Notes: generated from the letters alone by a model not told the origin. Counted from the first letter of the stretch, positions 20,562 to 33,053 are shown. The stretch: 64,000 nucleotides of DNA from an uncultured delta proteobacterium (GCA_963704165.1 CAVPHD010000002.1:72180-136179), one strand, 5' to 3'. A program made the numbers and translations.

Positions 20562-21245
20562 ATGCGGATCGCAGCGCTCTTCGCCCTCGCCCTCGCGGCC
20601 TTGCCCGCGAACTCCAACGCGCAGAGCGAGTATCAACGTCCGGCGCACATGAAAGCGGACGAGATCGCGATCGCGTTCGTCGCGAGTCGCTACATCTCGC
20701 CCGTCACCTGCAAGCTGAAGGACGGCAGCCAGGTCGATCTCTTCGACTCGATCGAACTGAAGGCCGCGCCCGAAGCCGGCGGTGGACGAGCGATCAAGGC
20801 GACGTTCTACGGGATCCAGGTCGCGGATGCGGAGTACTGCTACTCGACGATCGCGCGACGAGTCGTCGATCGGCGCGGCGTCCTGTACCTGCACTTCCGC
20901 ACGCGCAACCGCCCCGAGTTCGGGATGTCCGACTTCCGCCGCATGGCGAAGGCGGGCCCGCTCACGTACAACGCGCACCGGGGCGAGCTACAGGTGCGGG
21001 CGATCGGCGACGAAGGCGCCGCGCAGGAGGAACCGCGCGTCATCGCGTTCGACGGCGGCGACAGCCGCCTCGTCGTCGAGGGCGTCACCGACGGCAGCGA
21101 TGGTGCGAAGCTGATCACGCACTACCTCGAGAAGAACGAGCTGACGGAGCTTCCGCGCGGCCGCTTCTTCAGCTTCCGCTTCGTCGCGAAGGACGGCAGC
21201 GAGTTCACGTACTGGGCGATCGAGGACGACCGCCGGTGGAAGTAG
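20562..21245 (+). CDS. Hypothetical exported protein
   Basis: Signal peptide MRIAALFALALAA; strong coding bias. Confidence 0.75.
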   Translation: MRIAALFALALAALPANSNAQSEYQRPAHMKADEIAIAFVASRYISPVTCKLKDGSQVDLFDSIELKAAPEAGGGRAIKATFYGIQVADAEYCYSTIARRVVDRRGVLYLHFRTRNRPEFGMSDFRRMAKAGPLTYNAHRGELQVRAIGDEGAAQEEPRVIAFDGGDSRLVVEGVTDGSDGAKLITHYLEKNELTELPRGRFFSFRFVAKDGSEFTYWAIEDDRRWK

Positions 21246-22648
21246 TCCGCCCGCCCTTCGGACGGCTGCCCGACACCGAAACGCGTGACCTGCCGCCACC
21301 CGTGCCGTTCCGGCGGATGCTCGGGCCGGGCGTGATCCTGGCCGGGCTCTCGATCGGGAGCGGCGAGCTCGTGCTCTGGCCGCGACTCACCGCGGAGTAC
21401 GGCTTCACGTTGTTCTGGGGCGCATGGATCGGCGTGACGCTCCAGTACTTCATGAACATGGAGATCGAACGCTACACGCTCGCGACGGGCGAGAGCGCGG
21501 TCACCGGCTTCGTCCGGCTGGCGCGCCCGCTCGGGCCGATCTTCCTGGTCTGCGGAACCGTGCCGTGGATCTGGCCTGGCTGGGCGACCGGCGCGGGGGA
21601 GCTTCTCGCGTGGCAGATCGGCGGCAGCCCGACGGTGTATGCGATCGCGGGCCTGGTCGGCTGCGGCCTGCTCCTGACGCTCGGGCCCGTGGTGTACCGA
21701 ACGGTCGAGACCGTCCAGACCACCCTCGTGCTGGTGATCTTCGCGCTCCTGCTCGTGCTCGGGGTGCTCCTGATCCGGCCCGGCGACGCGGTCGCGTTGC
21801 TCGACGGCGCCGTGCAGATCGGCCGGATCCCGGAGGGAATCGATCTGCCGCTCTTCCTCGGCGCGCTCGCGTTCGCGGGGGCCGGCGGTTCGGTGAATCT
21901 CGCGCAGTCGAACTACATCCGGGACAAGGGCTACGGAATGGGCGCCTACCTGGGCCGGATCACGAGCCCGTTCTCGGGCCGGCCCGAGGTGCAGAACGAG
22001 ATCGGCCTGCGCTTCGACGACAGCGACGAGAACCTCGCGCGTTGGCGGGTCTGGTGGCGCCGAGCGAATCTCGAGCACCTCGTCACGTTCCAGCTGCTCT
22101 GCGTCGGCTCGCTCGCGCTGTTCTGCCTGCTGACGCACGCGCTGCTCGAGCCGGGGCAGCCGCTCTCGCCGGATTTCGGCTTTCTTCGCGATCAGGGCGA
22201 CGCACTGCAACTGCGCTTCGGGTCCGCCGCTCGACTCGCATTTCTCTGGGCCTCGATCTTCGTGTTGCTCTCGACCGAGTTCGCGTTGCTCGACGCCGTC
22301 TCGCGCGTGGTGGCCGATCTGACGCGCGTGTCGTTCCTGCGCGAAAGCGCACGCTTCACGATCGGCCGGCTCTATTTCCTCTTCCTCTGGGCCTTCATCA
22401 CCTTCGGCATCGGCGTGCTGGCGCTCGGCCTCTCGAGTCCGCTCACGCTGCTGGTGATTTCGGCCTCACTCAACGCCGGCGTGATGTTCCTGTACTCCGG
22501 CCTCTTGATCTGGTTGAACCTGCGCACCTTCCGCGGACCCTTGCGCCCGTCGCTGGCGCGAATCGCCATGCTGGCCGCCGCATTCGTCTTCTACGGCTAT
22601 TTCAGCGCGCTGACGATCTCGGCGCAGCTCTCGCGGCTCTTCAGCTGA
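21236..22648 (+). CDS. Nramp-like (YcsG-type) membrane transporter
   Basis: LGPGVILAGLSIGSGELVLWP, EIERYTLATGES, multiple TM helices. Confidence 0.82.
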   Translation: MEVVRPPFGRLPDTETRDLPPPVPFRRMLGPGVILAGLSIGSGELVLWPRLTAEYGFTLFWGAWIGVTLQYFMNMEIERYTLATGESAVTGFVRLARPLGPIFLVCGTVPWIWPGWATGAGELLAWQIGGSPTVYAIAGLVGCGLLLTLGPVVYRTVETVQTTLVLVIFALLLVLGVLLIRPGDAVALLDGAVQIGRIPEGIDLPLFLGALAFAGAGGSVNLAQSNYIRDKGYGMGAYLGRITSPFSGRPEVQNEIGLRFDDSDENLARWRVWWRRANLEHLVTFQLLCVGSLALFCLLTHALLEPGQPLSPDFGFLRDQGDALQLRFGSAARLAFLWASIFVLLSTEFALLDAVSRVVADLTRVSFLRESARFTIGRLYFLFLWAFITFGIGVLALGLSSPLTLLVISASLNAGVMFLYSGLLIWLNLRTFRGPLRPSLARIAMLAAAFVFYGYFSALTISAQLSRLFS

Positions 22649-22725
22649 CACCGCTCCTTCGTCGGAACCCCAGCGTAAAGCGAGCTCGCAACCAAGCCGA
22701 TATCGAGATCAGGAGCGACGACCCC

Positions 22726-23064
22726 ATGGCGACCCCGTCCGGCATCGAGCGACGCCGCCTCCGGCGCGTCATGAAGCGAATCCCCGCCGCCTTCGAAGCG
22801 GGCAAGCTGCGGGGCAAGGGGCACATCAAGAACATCTCGAAGGAAGGGCTGTTCGTGCGCACGAGCGTGCTGCCCAGCGCGGGCACCCCCGTGCGAATCG
22901 TCTTCCACGACCGCCACGGCAGCAAGGTCGAAGTCCACGGCACCGTCCGTTGGAGCACCGCGCAGCTTCCCCCCGCGGAGAAGGCCAAGCCGGGCTTCGG
23001 CGTCTACATCGAGCCGGGCAACGAAGAGTTCAGCGAGTTCTTCGAGCACATCCTGACCGGCTGA
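22726..23064 (+). CDS. PilZ domain protein
   Basis: ERRRLRR and NISKEGLF motifs; GTVRW, GFGV. Confidence 0.85.
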   Translation: MATPSGIERRRLRRVMKRIPAAFEAGKLRGKGHIKNISKEGLFVRTSVLPSAGTPVRIVFHDRHGSKVEVHGTVRWSTAQLPPAEKAKPGFGVYIEPGNEEFSEFFEHILTG

Positions 23065-23132
23065 GCCGCCGTTCGCCGCCGATCGGCACGACCACGGACC
23101 GCGCACGGGACCGCGTCTCGGCTCGCCTCCGC

Positions 23133-23170
23133 GTCCCTCTACCTCGGGTGGATGGAGCGGCTGCGTTCTG
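23133..23170 (+). pseudogene. Decayed 5' half of tRNA-Arg(CCT); probable left att scar of the island
   Basis: gtccctctacctcgggtggatggagcggctgcgttctg matches the tRNA 5' half at 29/38 by manual alignment and is followed by gtccg-cgg, as is the 32945 copy. Confidence 0.7.
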
Positions 23171-23332
23171 GTCCGTCGGATCCGTTTCGCTCCAGATCTC
23201 TGGCGCTTCGCCCGCGCGTCGCTGGGCCAGAAGTCGCCGAACGACTTCGAAAGCAGCGGTACGGAGCGGACAGTTCCCGCTAGCGCGGAAGTGTCCACGT
23301 AGGCGCGGCCACTGCAGACGATCTCTGCGCGA

Positions 23333-24286
23333 TCAGGACTGCAGTCGAGACGCGAAGCGATGGAGCGCGCGAGCGAGTGTCGACCTGAGCCCCTTCCGGA
23401 TTCGTTGGCGCGTGGGTGAAGTGACCTCGCTGACGGGCCAACCGTGACTGGGATCGCCAATGGGTAGCATTCCAGGCGTGGCGAGTTCACGCATGAACGA
23501 ATCGTGGCGCGCCTGTAGTTCCGCCAGGAAGAAGGCGCGCTTGGCCACATTCACGTGGAGACGATAGCTGTCGCGCATCGCGCTGCCGTTCCTCGAGAAT
23601 TCCGCGCGGTCCGTGACGAAGTGCGGAGTGCGTGAGCCTGCCCCCAGATGAAAGACCAAGTCAGCGTAGATGCCGCACATGACCGGGTGCGGGTCCCATG
23701 TGTTCGTGCGATACAGCGGTGCAAAGCTTCGCCCTTCTTGCCGAAGCTGCGCCTGAATGCCACTTCCCGTTTCCTGCGGGCGATTGACATCCCCGCTGTG
23801 TTCGTCCGCGAAGCGGGCACGTTGCGTGACGCTGAAGGAGCTCTCACCTGCCTTCCAGAATTCACGTGTCAGAAAAGTGAGCGCTGGGAAGGGGAAGTTG
23901 TCGCCGATTTCGGCGCGCACCACCGATGCCACGGGCACCTGCTCACTCACGAGTCCTTCGCACACGGTGTTCCAGTCATCGCGAATGGGCCATGAATCCA
24001 TGTCGAAGGTGGCCACATGGCTGCAGCCCTCAGCGAACGCGTGATCAACCAGTCGATCCAGATAGTGAGCGTGCTCAGCTCTCCCCGTCTTGGGGGACGG
24101 GGCGATCTCCGGTAGTTCGACGCCTTCTCTGTGAAGATGTGCGATCTGGTCGTCACTGAGGCGAAGTGCGCAGCCATAGACGCGGTATTCACCTCGAGTA
24201 CGAAGCTTGATCTGGCGGATGGACAGCGGGAGCAGGCACGCACTCTCGGCGTCCTGCACCAAGTAGATCACGCAGATTCCGAGCAC
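23333..24286 (-). CDS. Hypothetical protein, possibly glycosyltransferase-like
   Basis: DxD-like TFDMDSWP; ETG and FHLGAG motifs; atypical codon use. Confidence 0.55.
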   Translation of the reverse strand: MLGICVIYLVQDAESACLLPLSIRQIKLRTRGEYRVYGCALRLSDDQIAHLHREGVELPEIAPSPKTGRAEHAHYLDRLVDHAFAEGCSHVATFDMDSWPIRDDWNTVCEGLVSEQVPVASVVRAEIGDNFPFPALTFLTREFWKAGESSFSVTQRARFADEHSGDVNRPQETGSGIQAQLRQEGRSFAPLYRTNTWDPHPVMCGIYADLVFHLGAGSRTPHFVTDRAEFSRNGSAMRDSYRLHVNVAKRAFFLAELQARHDSFMRELATPGMLPIGDPSHGWPVSEVTSPTRQRIRKGLRSTLARALHRFASRLQS

Positions 24287-25548
24287 TCGAAGTTTCCCAA
24301 CAGCAGCGAGGTGAGACCGCGCAGCTGGATCGCGATGAGGTTCGAGTTCGCAAGCAGCCATTTGAGCTCGGAAACGCGCAGCCACACGCCCGGTGCCTCG
24401 TCGGTCGGCGAGGTCATGACGAGTTCGTAGCGGCTGACATCGCAGAAGAAGCGTCCGCCCTCATCTGACGCGGCGGTCCGCAGAAGCACTTGCCCGCTCG
24501 GCGCCTGCTCTGTCGAGAGGGTGCCCGGGTAGCGCAGATAGCTGGGTAGCAGCGCCTTGCCGGTCTGCAGGCCCGACTCCGCGCCGATACGCACACGCAC
24601 TTCAAGAGCGTCCTCCTGCATGCGGCAAGCCAGGACGGCCTGACCATCGAAGCGACTGTTGACCAAAGGCTGATACCAGGAGCCGACTTCACGTCCACGT
24701 GCGGCTACGAAGAAATAGCCGAGATCGAATCCCTGTCGGCGTTCCCGTTCGTGGATGCCATTCGGAGAGATCTCCCAGTTGTCCAGCCGACCGATGTCCC
24801 TGAATCGGTAGCGGGCGATCGGCCCTTGGAGTTCCGTCAGCACCGCGCCCAGGCGTTCCGCTCTCACGGGAAGCTGCAGGCTGGCCTGGACCGCCGGTTC
24901 AACGGGCCGCAGTTGGCCCTCTCCAGGTTCGTCCCAGGCGCACACCGCCAGCAGTGAGCACAGGTCGATGTTGAAAAAGGTCGGCTGGCGGATGGCCTGG
25001 CTGATGACACGGGCCGCAACCCAGACGAAGCCCTCTTCCTGCGCAATGTCATGGGCACATTCCGCGACGATCAGGCGCTTGCTCTTGAGCAGGTAGCGCT
25101 CTCCGAGGTCAAGCTGCATGGAGTCATGCAGAATCCTCACGCTCGGTGTGCAGGTCGTAAACCGGTCGACATAGGCGGTGGCCTTGCCGCCGTGGGCTCG
25201 AAGATAGTTGGCCGGCGTGCTCTGAAGGGTCGGCCCGTATTGAGCCTGACCGGGCGTGCCGGGTTCGACTCGAGCTTGCAAGAGAAAGTGGCGTTCACCG
25301 TCCATCACGGTGGTCAGCAGCCCAGTGATCGCCGATTGTGGCTGAAAGAGGAGGATCGCCTGCTTGCTCTTCAGGTCGGGGAATTCGACGCCCGCCACAC
25401 TGAAGAAACCGCCCGAGCGATGCGAAAGCGCACCCTCGTGGAAATGCCAACCCTGCATGTCGGCCCACGTGACGGCTTCGACCGAAAAGCCACGTTTGCT
25501 CTGATCGAGCCACGCCTGAAGTCGGGGGAGAGAGGTCACGACCTGCAT
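24268..25548 (-). CDS. NDP-hexose 2,3-dehydratase family protein
   Basis: HRSGGFFSVAG, FLLQARVEPG, PTLQSTPANY, WYQPL, SDEGGRFF; two tandem domains. Confidence 0.82.
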   Translation of the reverse strand: MQVVTSLPRLQAWLDQSKRGFSVEAVTWADMQGWHFHEGALSHRSGGFFSVAGVEFPDLKSKQAILLFQPQSAITGLLTTVMDGERHFLLQARVEPGTPGQAQYGPTLQSTPANYLRAHGGKATAYVDRFTTCTPSVRILHDSMQLDLGERYLLKSKRLIVAECAHDIAQEEGFVWVAARVISQAIRQPTFFNIDLCSLLAVCAWDEPGEGQLRPVEPAVQASLQLPVRAERLGAVLTELQGPIARYRFRDIGRLDNWEISPNGIHERERRQGFDLGYFFVAARGREVGSWYQPLVNSRFDGQAVLACRMQEDALEVRVRIGAESGLQTGKALLPSYLRYPGTLSTEQAPSGQVLLRTAASDEGGRFFCDVSRYELVMTSPTDEAPGVWLRVSELKWLLANSNLIAIQLRGLTSLLLGNFECSESA

Positions 25549-25729
25549 GGGTTGCTGCGCACCGTGTCGCACCGCCTCGCCGCTTCCCACCGCGTCACCG
25601 GTGACACAATCTGAAAGAACCGACCCTCCGCGAGCCTTCTCTCGCGCAGGCGTATCCCGCCTTCAGACTCCAAGGCCACGCAGGGTGCACGAACGGCGAG
25701 ATCGATACAAGGTCGTCGTCGGTCGGTGT

Positions 25730-25845
25730 GCGCACGCGAGCCTGAGCAACCTGACGTCGACGGAGTTCGCGAAGAGAACGTAAACAAGGAGCGCGGAGCG
25801 AGCCGTTTTCTGGGAATCCTTGGTTCGATGAACCCAAGCAGGTCA
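25730..25845 (+). mobile_element. IS3 (IS407-like) right-end remnant
   Basis: HASLSNLTSTEFA resembles the OrfB end; terminal ggttcgatgaacccaagcaggtca resembles the IR at 33276-33299. Confidence 0.55.
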
Positions 25846-25894
25846 CGTCGCCGATGCGCCTCGAAAATCTGCCCACTCCCGCAAGCGCCTGTGA

Positions 25895-26902
<1,008 letters not shown>

Positions 26903-27928
26903 ACGCGGTGCGCGCGCGCGTACGCTTGCTGATGGGTGCCGCTGGTGTCCTCACAGGCGGTATGGCGATCTGGCTTGCGGCGCGCGCGCCGGACGAGACG
27001 CGCGCTGGGCCCGCGCGGGATCACGCTCCCGCGCGGGCCGCAGCGCCGTCCGTACTGCGCGACGCGCCAGCGATCTCCGAACTTCCTCCCCTGCCCGCGT
27101 CGCTCGCCGGGACCCGCCCGGACGGCGTGCTCGTGCGCGACACCAACGGGCGCTTCGTGCCCACGCGCGACGCGCTCGATCTCTTCGACTACTTCTTCTC
27201 TGCGAGCGGCGAGGAGCCCGATGCGCAGATCCGCGCGCGCATCGAAACCGTCATCGCCGAGCAGCTCGATGACCCCGCCCCGGCGCTCGATCTGCTGGAT
27301 CACTACCTCGGCTACCGCGCGGAGGCGCGCTCTCTCTTCACGGATGAGAACACCGCGGCACTCCCGCTCGAGCGCCGGCTCCAGCGCATCCGCGAACTCC
27401 GCCGCGCGCATTTCGGAGATCTCGCGGAGGCCCTGTTCGCAGAAGAGGAAGAACGCTGGCGCGCGGACATCGAGCGCCTGCACGTGCTGCACGAACCCGC
27501 GCTCTCCGACGAGGAGCGCGCCGCGCGGCTCGCGGCGCTGGACGCGGAGCTGCCGGAGTCGGTGCGCGAAGCACGCGACGCCGCCACGGCCGCGTCGAGC
27601 CTGCGCCACGACGAGGAGCGGCTGCGCGCCGAGGGTGCTTCCGATGCGGAGATCGACGCGCTGCGCGAGGCGCGCTTCGGTCGCGAGGCTGCCGAACGCC
27701 TGGCCGCACTCGATCAGGCGCGCGCCGCGTGGCACGCGCGTGTGTCGGCGTACCGGGCAGAGCGCGAGCGCGTGTCCGCCCTCGAGCCGGACGACACGGT
27801 GGCCCGAGCCGCCGCCATCGCCGTGCTCCGTGAGGCGCACTTCCACGGCGCGGAGCGCTTGCGTATCGAGGCGCTCGAACGACTGGAGGCGCAAGCGGCA
27901 GCGTCTGCGAACGCCAGCGCGGCGAATC

Positions 27929-28795
<867 letters not shown>

Positions 28796-28823
28796 ATCGC
28801 CATCGGCGAGATCGTGCGAGAAA

Positions 28824-29840
28824 TCAGCGCTTGCGCCCACTGACTCGGACGAGGATGCCCGGGATGAACTCGTGGGCCTCCACCTCGTCAAAGCCAGCCT
28901 CGACGAAATAGCCGATACAGTCGCTGCGCGTGTGGGTGGTTCCCGTGCTGTTGGACAGCGCTTCGAACAGCCCCCAGAGTGCGGCGTCGGCAGGACCCGC
29001 GCGATCGTCGTCCAGCATCTCGCCGATCAGGTGCATCTCACCATGCGGTCGTAGCGCGTCGTGGGTTCGCGAGACGACACGTTGGATGACGTCGCGACCG
29101 TACTGAGGCAGATTGCTCGCCATCACGGCCACGTCACAATCCTCGGGCAGCGGGTCCCGGGTGAAGTCGCCGGCCTGCGCGCTCACCCTGTCCGCGACAC
29201 CATGCTTCTCGATGTACTCGCGACACACGACCGCGACCGGCGGCAGATCGAACACGACCGCGGAGAGCCCCGCAAACTTCTGGACGGCCACGATCGAGTA
29301 GGCCCCCGAGCCGCCACCCAGATCCATCATTCTCTTCCGGCCGGCAAGGTCGACTTCGCGCGCGAAGCGACGCCCGGCGCCGAAGCCGATGCTGCTCGTG
29401 GCTTCGTGGTATCGGCGGGCCTGCTCGACGGTCATGCCTTCGTAGTCGCCGAGGGGCCGCGCGGGCGAGTCGTTCCTCAAATGACGTGCGAGCTCTCCCC
29501 AGCGGTTCCAGTCCCGGCTCGTGAAACCCAGCCAAGCGGCGGAGTAGCGGGGCTCTCCTTTCACGAGGAATCGGCTCACGTCGTCGGCGTTCCGATAGCG
29601 CCCGCGATGCCAGGTCAGCAGCCCGGTGGCGCTGCACATCGTCATCAGCCGGTCGGCATTCAGCTCGCTGATCCCCGCATGGCGAGCGAAGGCCGCTGGC
29701 GTGTCGTGTCCGGCCGCGACAGCGGTGAAGAGATCCAGCTCGATCGCGGCCTTCAGGGCGGCACTCTCGATGAACGCTCGGGCGATCTTCTGGAGACGGA
29801 CCGTCGTCGGGCGACCCTCTGTCGAATTGGCGTCTCCCAT
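28824..29840 (-). CDS. Class I SAM-dependent O-methyltransferase with dimerisation domain
   Basis: AAIELDLF, DLGGGSG, VFDLP, AGDF. Confidence 0.9.
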   Translation of the reverse strand: MGDANSTEGRPTTVRLQKIARAFIESAALKAAIELDLFTAVAAGHDTPAAFARHAGISELNADRLMTMCSATGLLTWHRGRYRNADDVSRFLVKGEPRYSAAWLGFTSRDWNRWGELARHLRNDSPARPLGDYEGMTVEQARRYHEATSSIGFGAGRRFAREVDLAGRKRMMDLGGGSGAYSIVAVQKFAGLSAVVFDLPPVAVVCREYIEKHGVADRVSAQAGDFTRDPLPEDCDVAVMASNLPQYGRDVIQRVVSRTHDALRPHGEMHLIGEMLDDDRAGPADAALWGLFEALSNSTGTTHTRSDCIGYFVEAGFDEVEAHEFIPGILVRVSGRKR

Positions 29841-30733
29841 CAATCGGTCCCCTCTCCCGCCGACTCGCTCAAGAGGCGGGCGCGCTCGCTGCGGTGGAAG
29901 GCATTCCACGAGCTCTCGTTCTTCGCCGCGGGTGCATCGAACAGAAAGGAACTCGAGCCGTTGCCGACGCCACCATCGACGAAGAGCTCTGTGCCCGTGA
30001 TGTAGGCTGCCATGTCGCTCAGCAGGAAGACGACCGCAGCGGAAACCTCCGCGGCGGTTCCGTGGCGCTTCAGCGGGATTCTGCTGGAGATTCTTCGCAG
30101 GCTCTCCCAGGCGGCCTCGGGATAACGATCGAGGCCGGTGGTATCGATGAAGCCCGGGATGACAGAGTTGACCCTCACGCCCGCGTGAGCCCACTCGCTG
30201 GCAGACGTCATGGTGAGGTTGGCAAGACCAGCGCGGGCCGCGCCGTTGTGCCCCATTCCCGGCATGCCGCGCCTGTAGTCCGCGCCGATGTGAACCATGG
30301 CGCCGCCATGCTCAGCCATGCTCTGTCGATAGACTTCCCGAGACAAGAGGAAGTAGCTCGTCATGTTGTTCTGAATGACGGCATTCCAGCCATTGAGGCT
30401 GAGGTCCTCCAGGCGCTTGGGGAACTGTCCGCCGGCAGCGCTCACCAATCCGTTCAACGGACCACCGGACAGGGTCGCGCTGGCCACCAGGTCGACTACG
30501 GATTGCTCGTCGCGAAGCTCCGCAGCCAGACAGCTGACGACCTGTCCCCCATCCTCGGCAATCTCGTCGCGCGTGCGCTCGAGCTTGTCGAGCGAGCGAC
30601 CGGCAAGGACGAGTCTTGCTCCGAGCGATGCGAGCTCGTGGGCGATACAGCGGCCGAGCCCGCCGCCTCCGCCTGCAACCAGAACGACCCGGTCAGCAAA
30701 GAGTCCGGGACGAAATCCCGACGCGTACGGCAA
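29840..30733 (-). CDS. SDR oxidoreductase (AtuB/PECR-like)
   Basis: AGGGGGLG, AGGQF, GMGHNGAARAG, EWA..GVRVN; TTG start after GGAGGG. Confidence 0.88.
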   Translation of the reverse strand: MPYASGFRPGLFADRVVLVAGGGGGLGRCIAHELASLGARLVLAGRSLDKLERTRDEIAEDGGQVVSCLAAELRDEQSVVDLVASATLSGGPLNGLVSAAGGQFPKRLEDLSLNGWNAVIQNNMTSYFLLSREVYRQSMAEHGGAMVHIGADYRRGMPGMGHNGAARAGLANLTMTSASEWAHAGVRVNSVIPGFIDTTGLDRYPEAAWESLRRISSRIPLKRHGTAAEVSAAVVFLLSDMAAYITGTELFVDGGVGNGSSSFLFDAPAAKNESSWNAFHRSERARLLSESAGEGTD

Positions 30734-30794
30734 TGTCTTCCCTCCAGGCGCCGCCCGTCGCCCCGTTCGGCGGCTCCGACAAGCGATCCGCGAC

Positions 30795-31020
30795 CCGCAC
30801 AGATCACAGGCTCGATGTTCGAATAGCGCATTTCTGCCAACGTCTTTGCGGCGAGGACGGCACTGCCTCCACTCTAGCCGTGGATCACGACGGGATGATC
30901 CGAAGCCGAGCAGACCTCGGCAATCCTGAACTCCAGACGCCCCGTGGAATGTTGGCGGTGGACGGAACCGATGCGCCCTGGAAGCTCTCGCTGAATGGAG
31001 TGCGGCGTCCATTCGATATT
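30795..31020 (-). pseudogene. Rhodanese-domain remnant
   Basis: NIPRG / LEFRIAEV..DHPVVIHG*SGGSAVLAAKTLAEMRYSNI, with a frameshift and a stop. Confidence 0.5.
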
Positions 31021-31103
31021 AGTTGGTCCCGTCGGTCCGTTCCCGATCTGGAGCTTGCCACCGCCTCGCGGTCCGCTCGGCCCCAGCCGTTCTGCAGCCG
31101 CCG

Positions 31104-31136
31104 CTCCGGGGTGGAACCGCGCTTATTTCTCCTATT
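31104..31136 (+). mobile_element. IS91/ISCR-like oriIS end, copy A
   Basis: 29/32 identical to 36812-36843; ends TCCTAT and is followed closely by CTTG. Confidence 0.55.
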
Positions 31137-31341
31137 CTTGAGTCGACGAGCGCCGACGCCTTCTTCTCGCGCCTGGGTCGGCAGGACGACCGCGTCTCGG
31201 TCGCGCCTCGCAGGCCTCTGCACGAGCCGTCCCCGCAAAAAACTCTGTACAGCGCGGAGTTGGTGTGGTCTTCTACACCCTGGTCATGGTGCTGCCGCGC
31301 GTCCGAGCTGGCCCTGTGGCGGGACTGGAGGGGATTCTCGA

Positions 31342-32094
31342 ATGCTTTCGAAGGCTTGCATGCGAATCGGCCTGGTTGTTCTAGTCGGCTTCCTCGGCCT
31401 CGGGATCTCGTCTCGCGCGACCGCGGGCTCGATTCTCGACTGTGGTCCGGGCGGCGCCAACTGCTGGATCGAGCTTGCGATCGAAGGAGTCCAGGTCGGG
31501 CAGGGAACCTTCGACATCAACTCGACCACGGGAGACATCTCGCTTTCGGCGCCGATCACCGGGGAGCTGGGTGGGTCGAGCGTCGCCCTGAACTCCCTGA
31601 ACGGCAATGCCGACCCGATCCTCGGCTTCGGAATCGGCGCGTCCACGGGCGCACTCGGGAACGCCTTCTCGATCACCATGACGCTGCCGATCGCGATCAC
31701 CGGACAGATCATCGCCAACTCCTCGATCGGCTACAGCCTGACCGCTCTGTCTGGCGCGGGCGCGCAGATCAGCCCGCTCTTCGGAAACGTGCTGCTCGCG
31801 CGAGAGGTCGACACCAGCATCGGCGGGCTCTCGCCCCTGGACAAAGGCGTCGATACCGGCAGCACGTTCTTCTTTCTGGGCGGCCCCGCGACCAACTTGT
31901 CGCCGGTCTACACCGCGTCGAACACGTTCACGGGCGATCTGCAGTACGACCTGATGAGCGTGACCGTGGCGTTCAGCCTGAGCGCGAACAGCTCGGTGGG
32001 CCTGTCGGGCTTCGTCCAGCAGGTGCCGGAGCCCTCGGCCGTCCTTCTGCTTGCGCTGGGGTTCGGAGCTCTCGTCTTTCGACGGCTGGCCTGA
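31342..32094 (+). CDS. PEP-CTERM surface protein
   Basis: Signal peptide; C-terminal VPEPSAVLLLALGFGALVFRR. Confidence 0.9.
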   Translation: MLSKACMRIGLVVLVGFLGLGISSRATAGSILDCGPGGANCWIELAIEGVQVGQGTFDINSTTGDISLSAPITGELGGSSVALNSLNGNADPILGFGIGASTGALGNAFSITMTLPIAITGQIIANSSIGYSLTALSGAGAQISPLFGNVLLAREVDTSIGGLSPLDKGVDTGSTFFFLGGPATNLSPVYTASNTFTGDLQYDLMSVTVAFSLSANSSVGLSGFVQQVPEPSAVLLLALGFGALVFRRLA

Positions 32095-32199
32095 GGTCCT
32101 GCGCTCTCTGACCTGACGCGCCCGCCGCGCCGCTGATCGTCGAGCTGTGCCGTCGGCAACCCGCGCTCTCCCCCGAAGAAGCTGGTTGCTGAGAACCAG

Positions 32200-32954
32200 A
32201 TGGTGACGATCGACCGGCCCGCGCGCGGCAAGGTGCGCGAGCCGCACATCATGAAGACGGCAGAGGAGGCCCGGCGCTTCCTGGCGGCCGCGCGCGAGAA
32301 TCGTCACGGAATCGTGTTCGTGTTCGCGCTCGAGACGGGAATGCGGCCCTCCGAGTGCTGCGGCCTCATGTGGGACGATCTCGACTTCGAGGCGGGCGTC
32401 GTTCATGTGCGCCGGTCGCTCGTACGTTTGCGGGGCGGCGGCTTCGAGCTCGGCGCCTGCAAGACCGAGAAGCCGAAGCGGACGCTGGCCCTCTCCACCC
32501 CTCTGCGCGACGAGCTCCGCAGACACCGCGCAAGGCAAGCCGCGCATCGCCTGCAGCTCGGCCCCGCCTACAGCAGCAAGCTCGACCTGATCTTCGCCGA
32601 CGAACTCGGGAACCCTCTGCACGACCGGGGAACCTGATCCAGCGCGCATTCAAGCCGATCCTGAAGCGCGCAGGACTTCCCTCGAGCATGACGCTCTACG
32701 GTCTGCGCCACGCGCCGACTCTGATGATCCACGCCGGCGAGAGCGTGAAGACGGTCCAGGCGCAGCTCGGCCACTCGGACTCGGGGATTACTCTGCGGGT
32801 CTACGCTCAGGCCGTGGCGAAGTCCCAGGCGGCTGCGCGGCGCGCCTTGGAAACCTTCTGCGCCCTCCCCCCCGATGAGGGTTCTCCGCACGGCGAATCC
32901 GCCGCAGTACCCATGCTCCACCAAGTTTGCGATTCTGCGCTCGAGTCCCCGTAG
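32200..32954 (+). pseudogene. Tyrosine integrase, N-truncated and frameshifted (~32630)
   Basis: ETGMRPSE..GLMWDDLD, KTEK, YGLRH, QLGHSD..TLRVY. Confidence 0.88.
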
Positions 32955-32982
32955 CTCAGATGGATAGAGCGGCTGCCTCCTA
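32880..32982 (+). repeat. 103-bp direct repeat (65 bp upstream + 5' half of tRNA-Arg), identical to 36871-36973
   Basis: Exact match by base-by-base comparison; ends in the anticodon loop (CTCCTA). Confidence 0.95.
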
Positions 32983-33053
32983 GTCCGGCGGCGCAGTTTC
33001 AGTGCGTGACTTCGAGGTTGGGCACCGTGCAGAATCGACGGCTTGTGAGCGTG

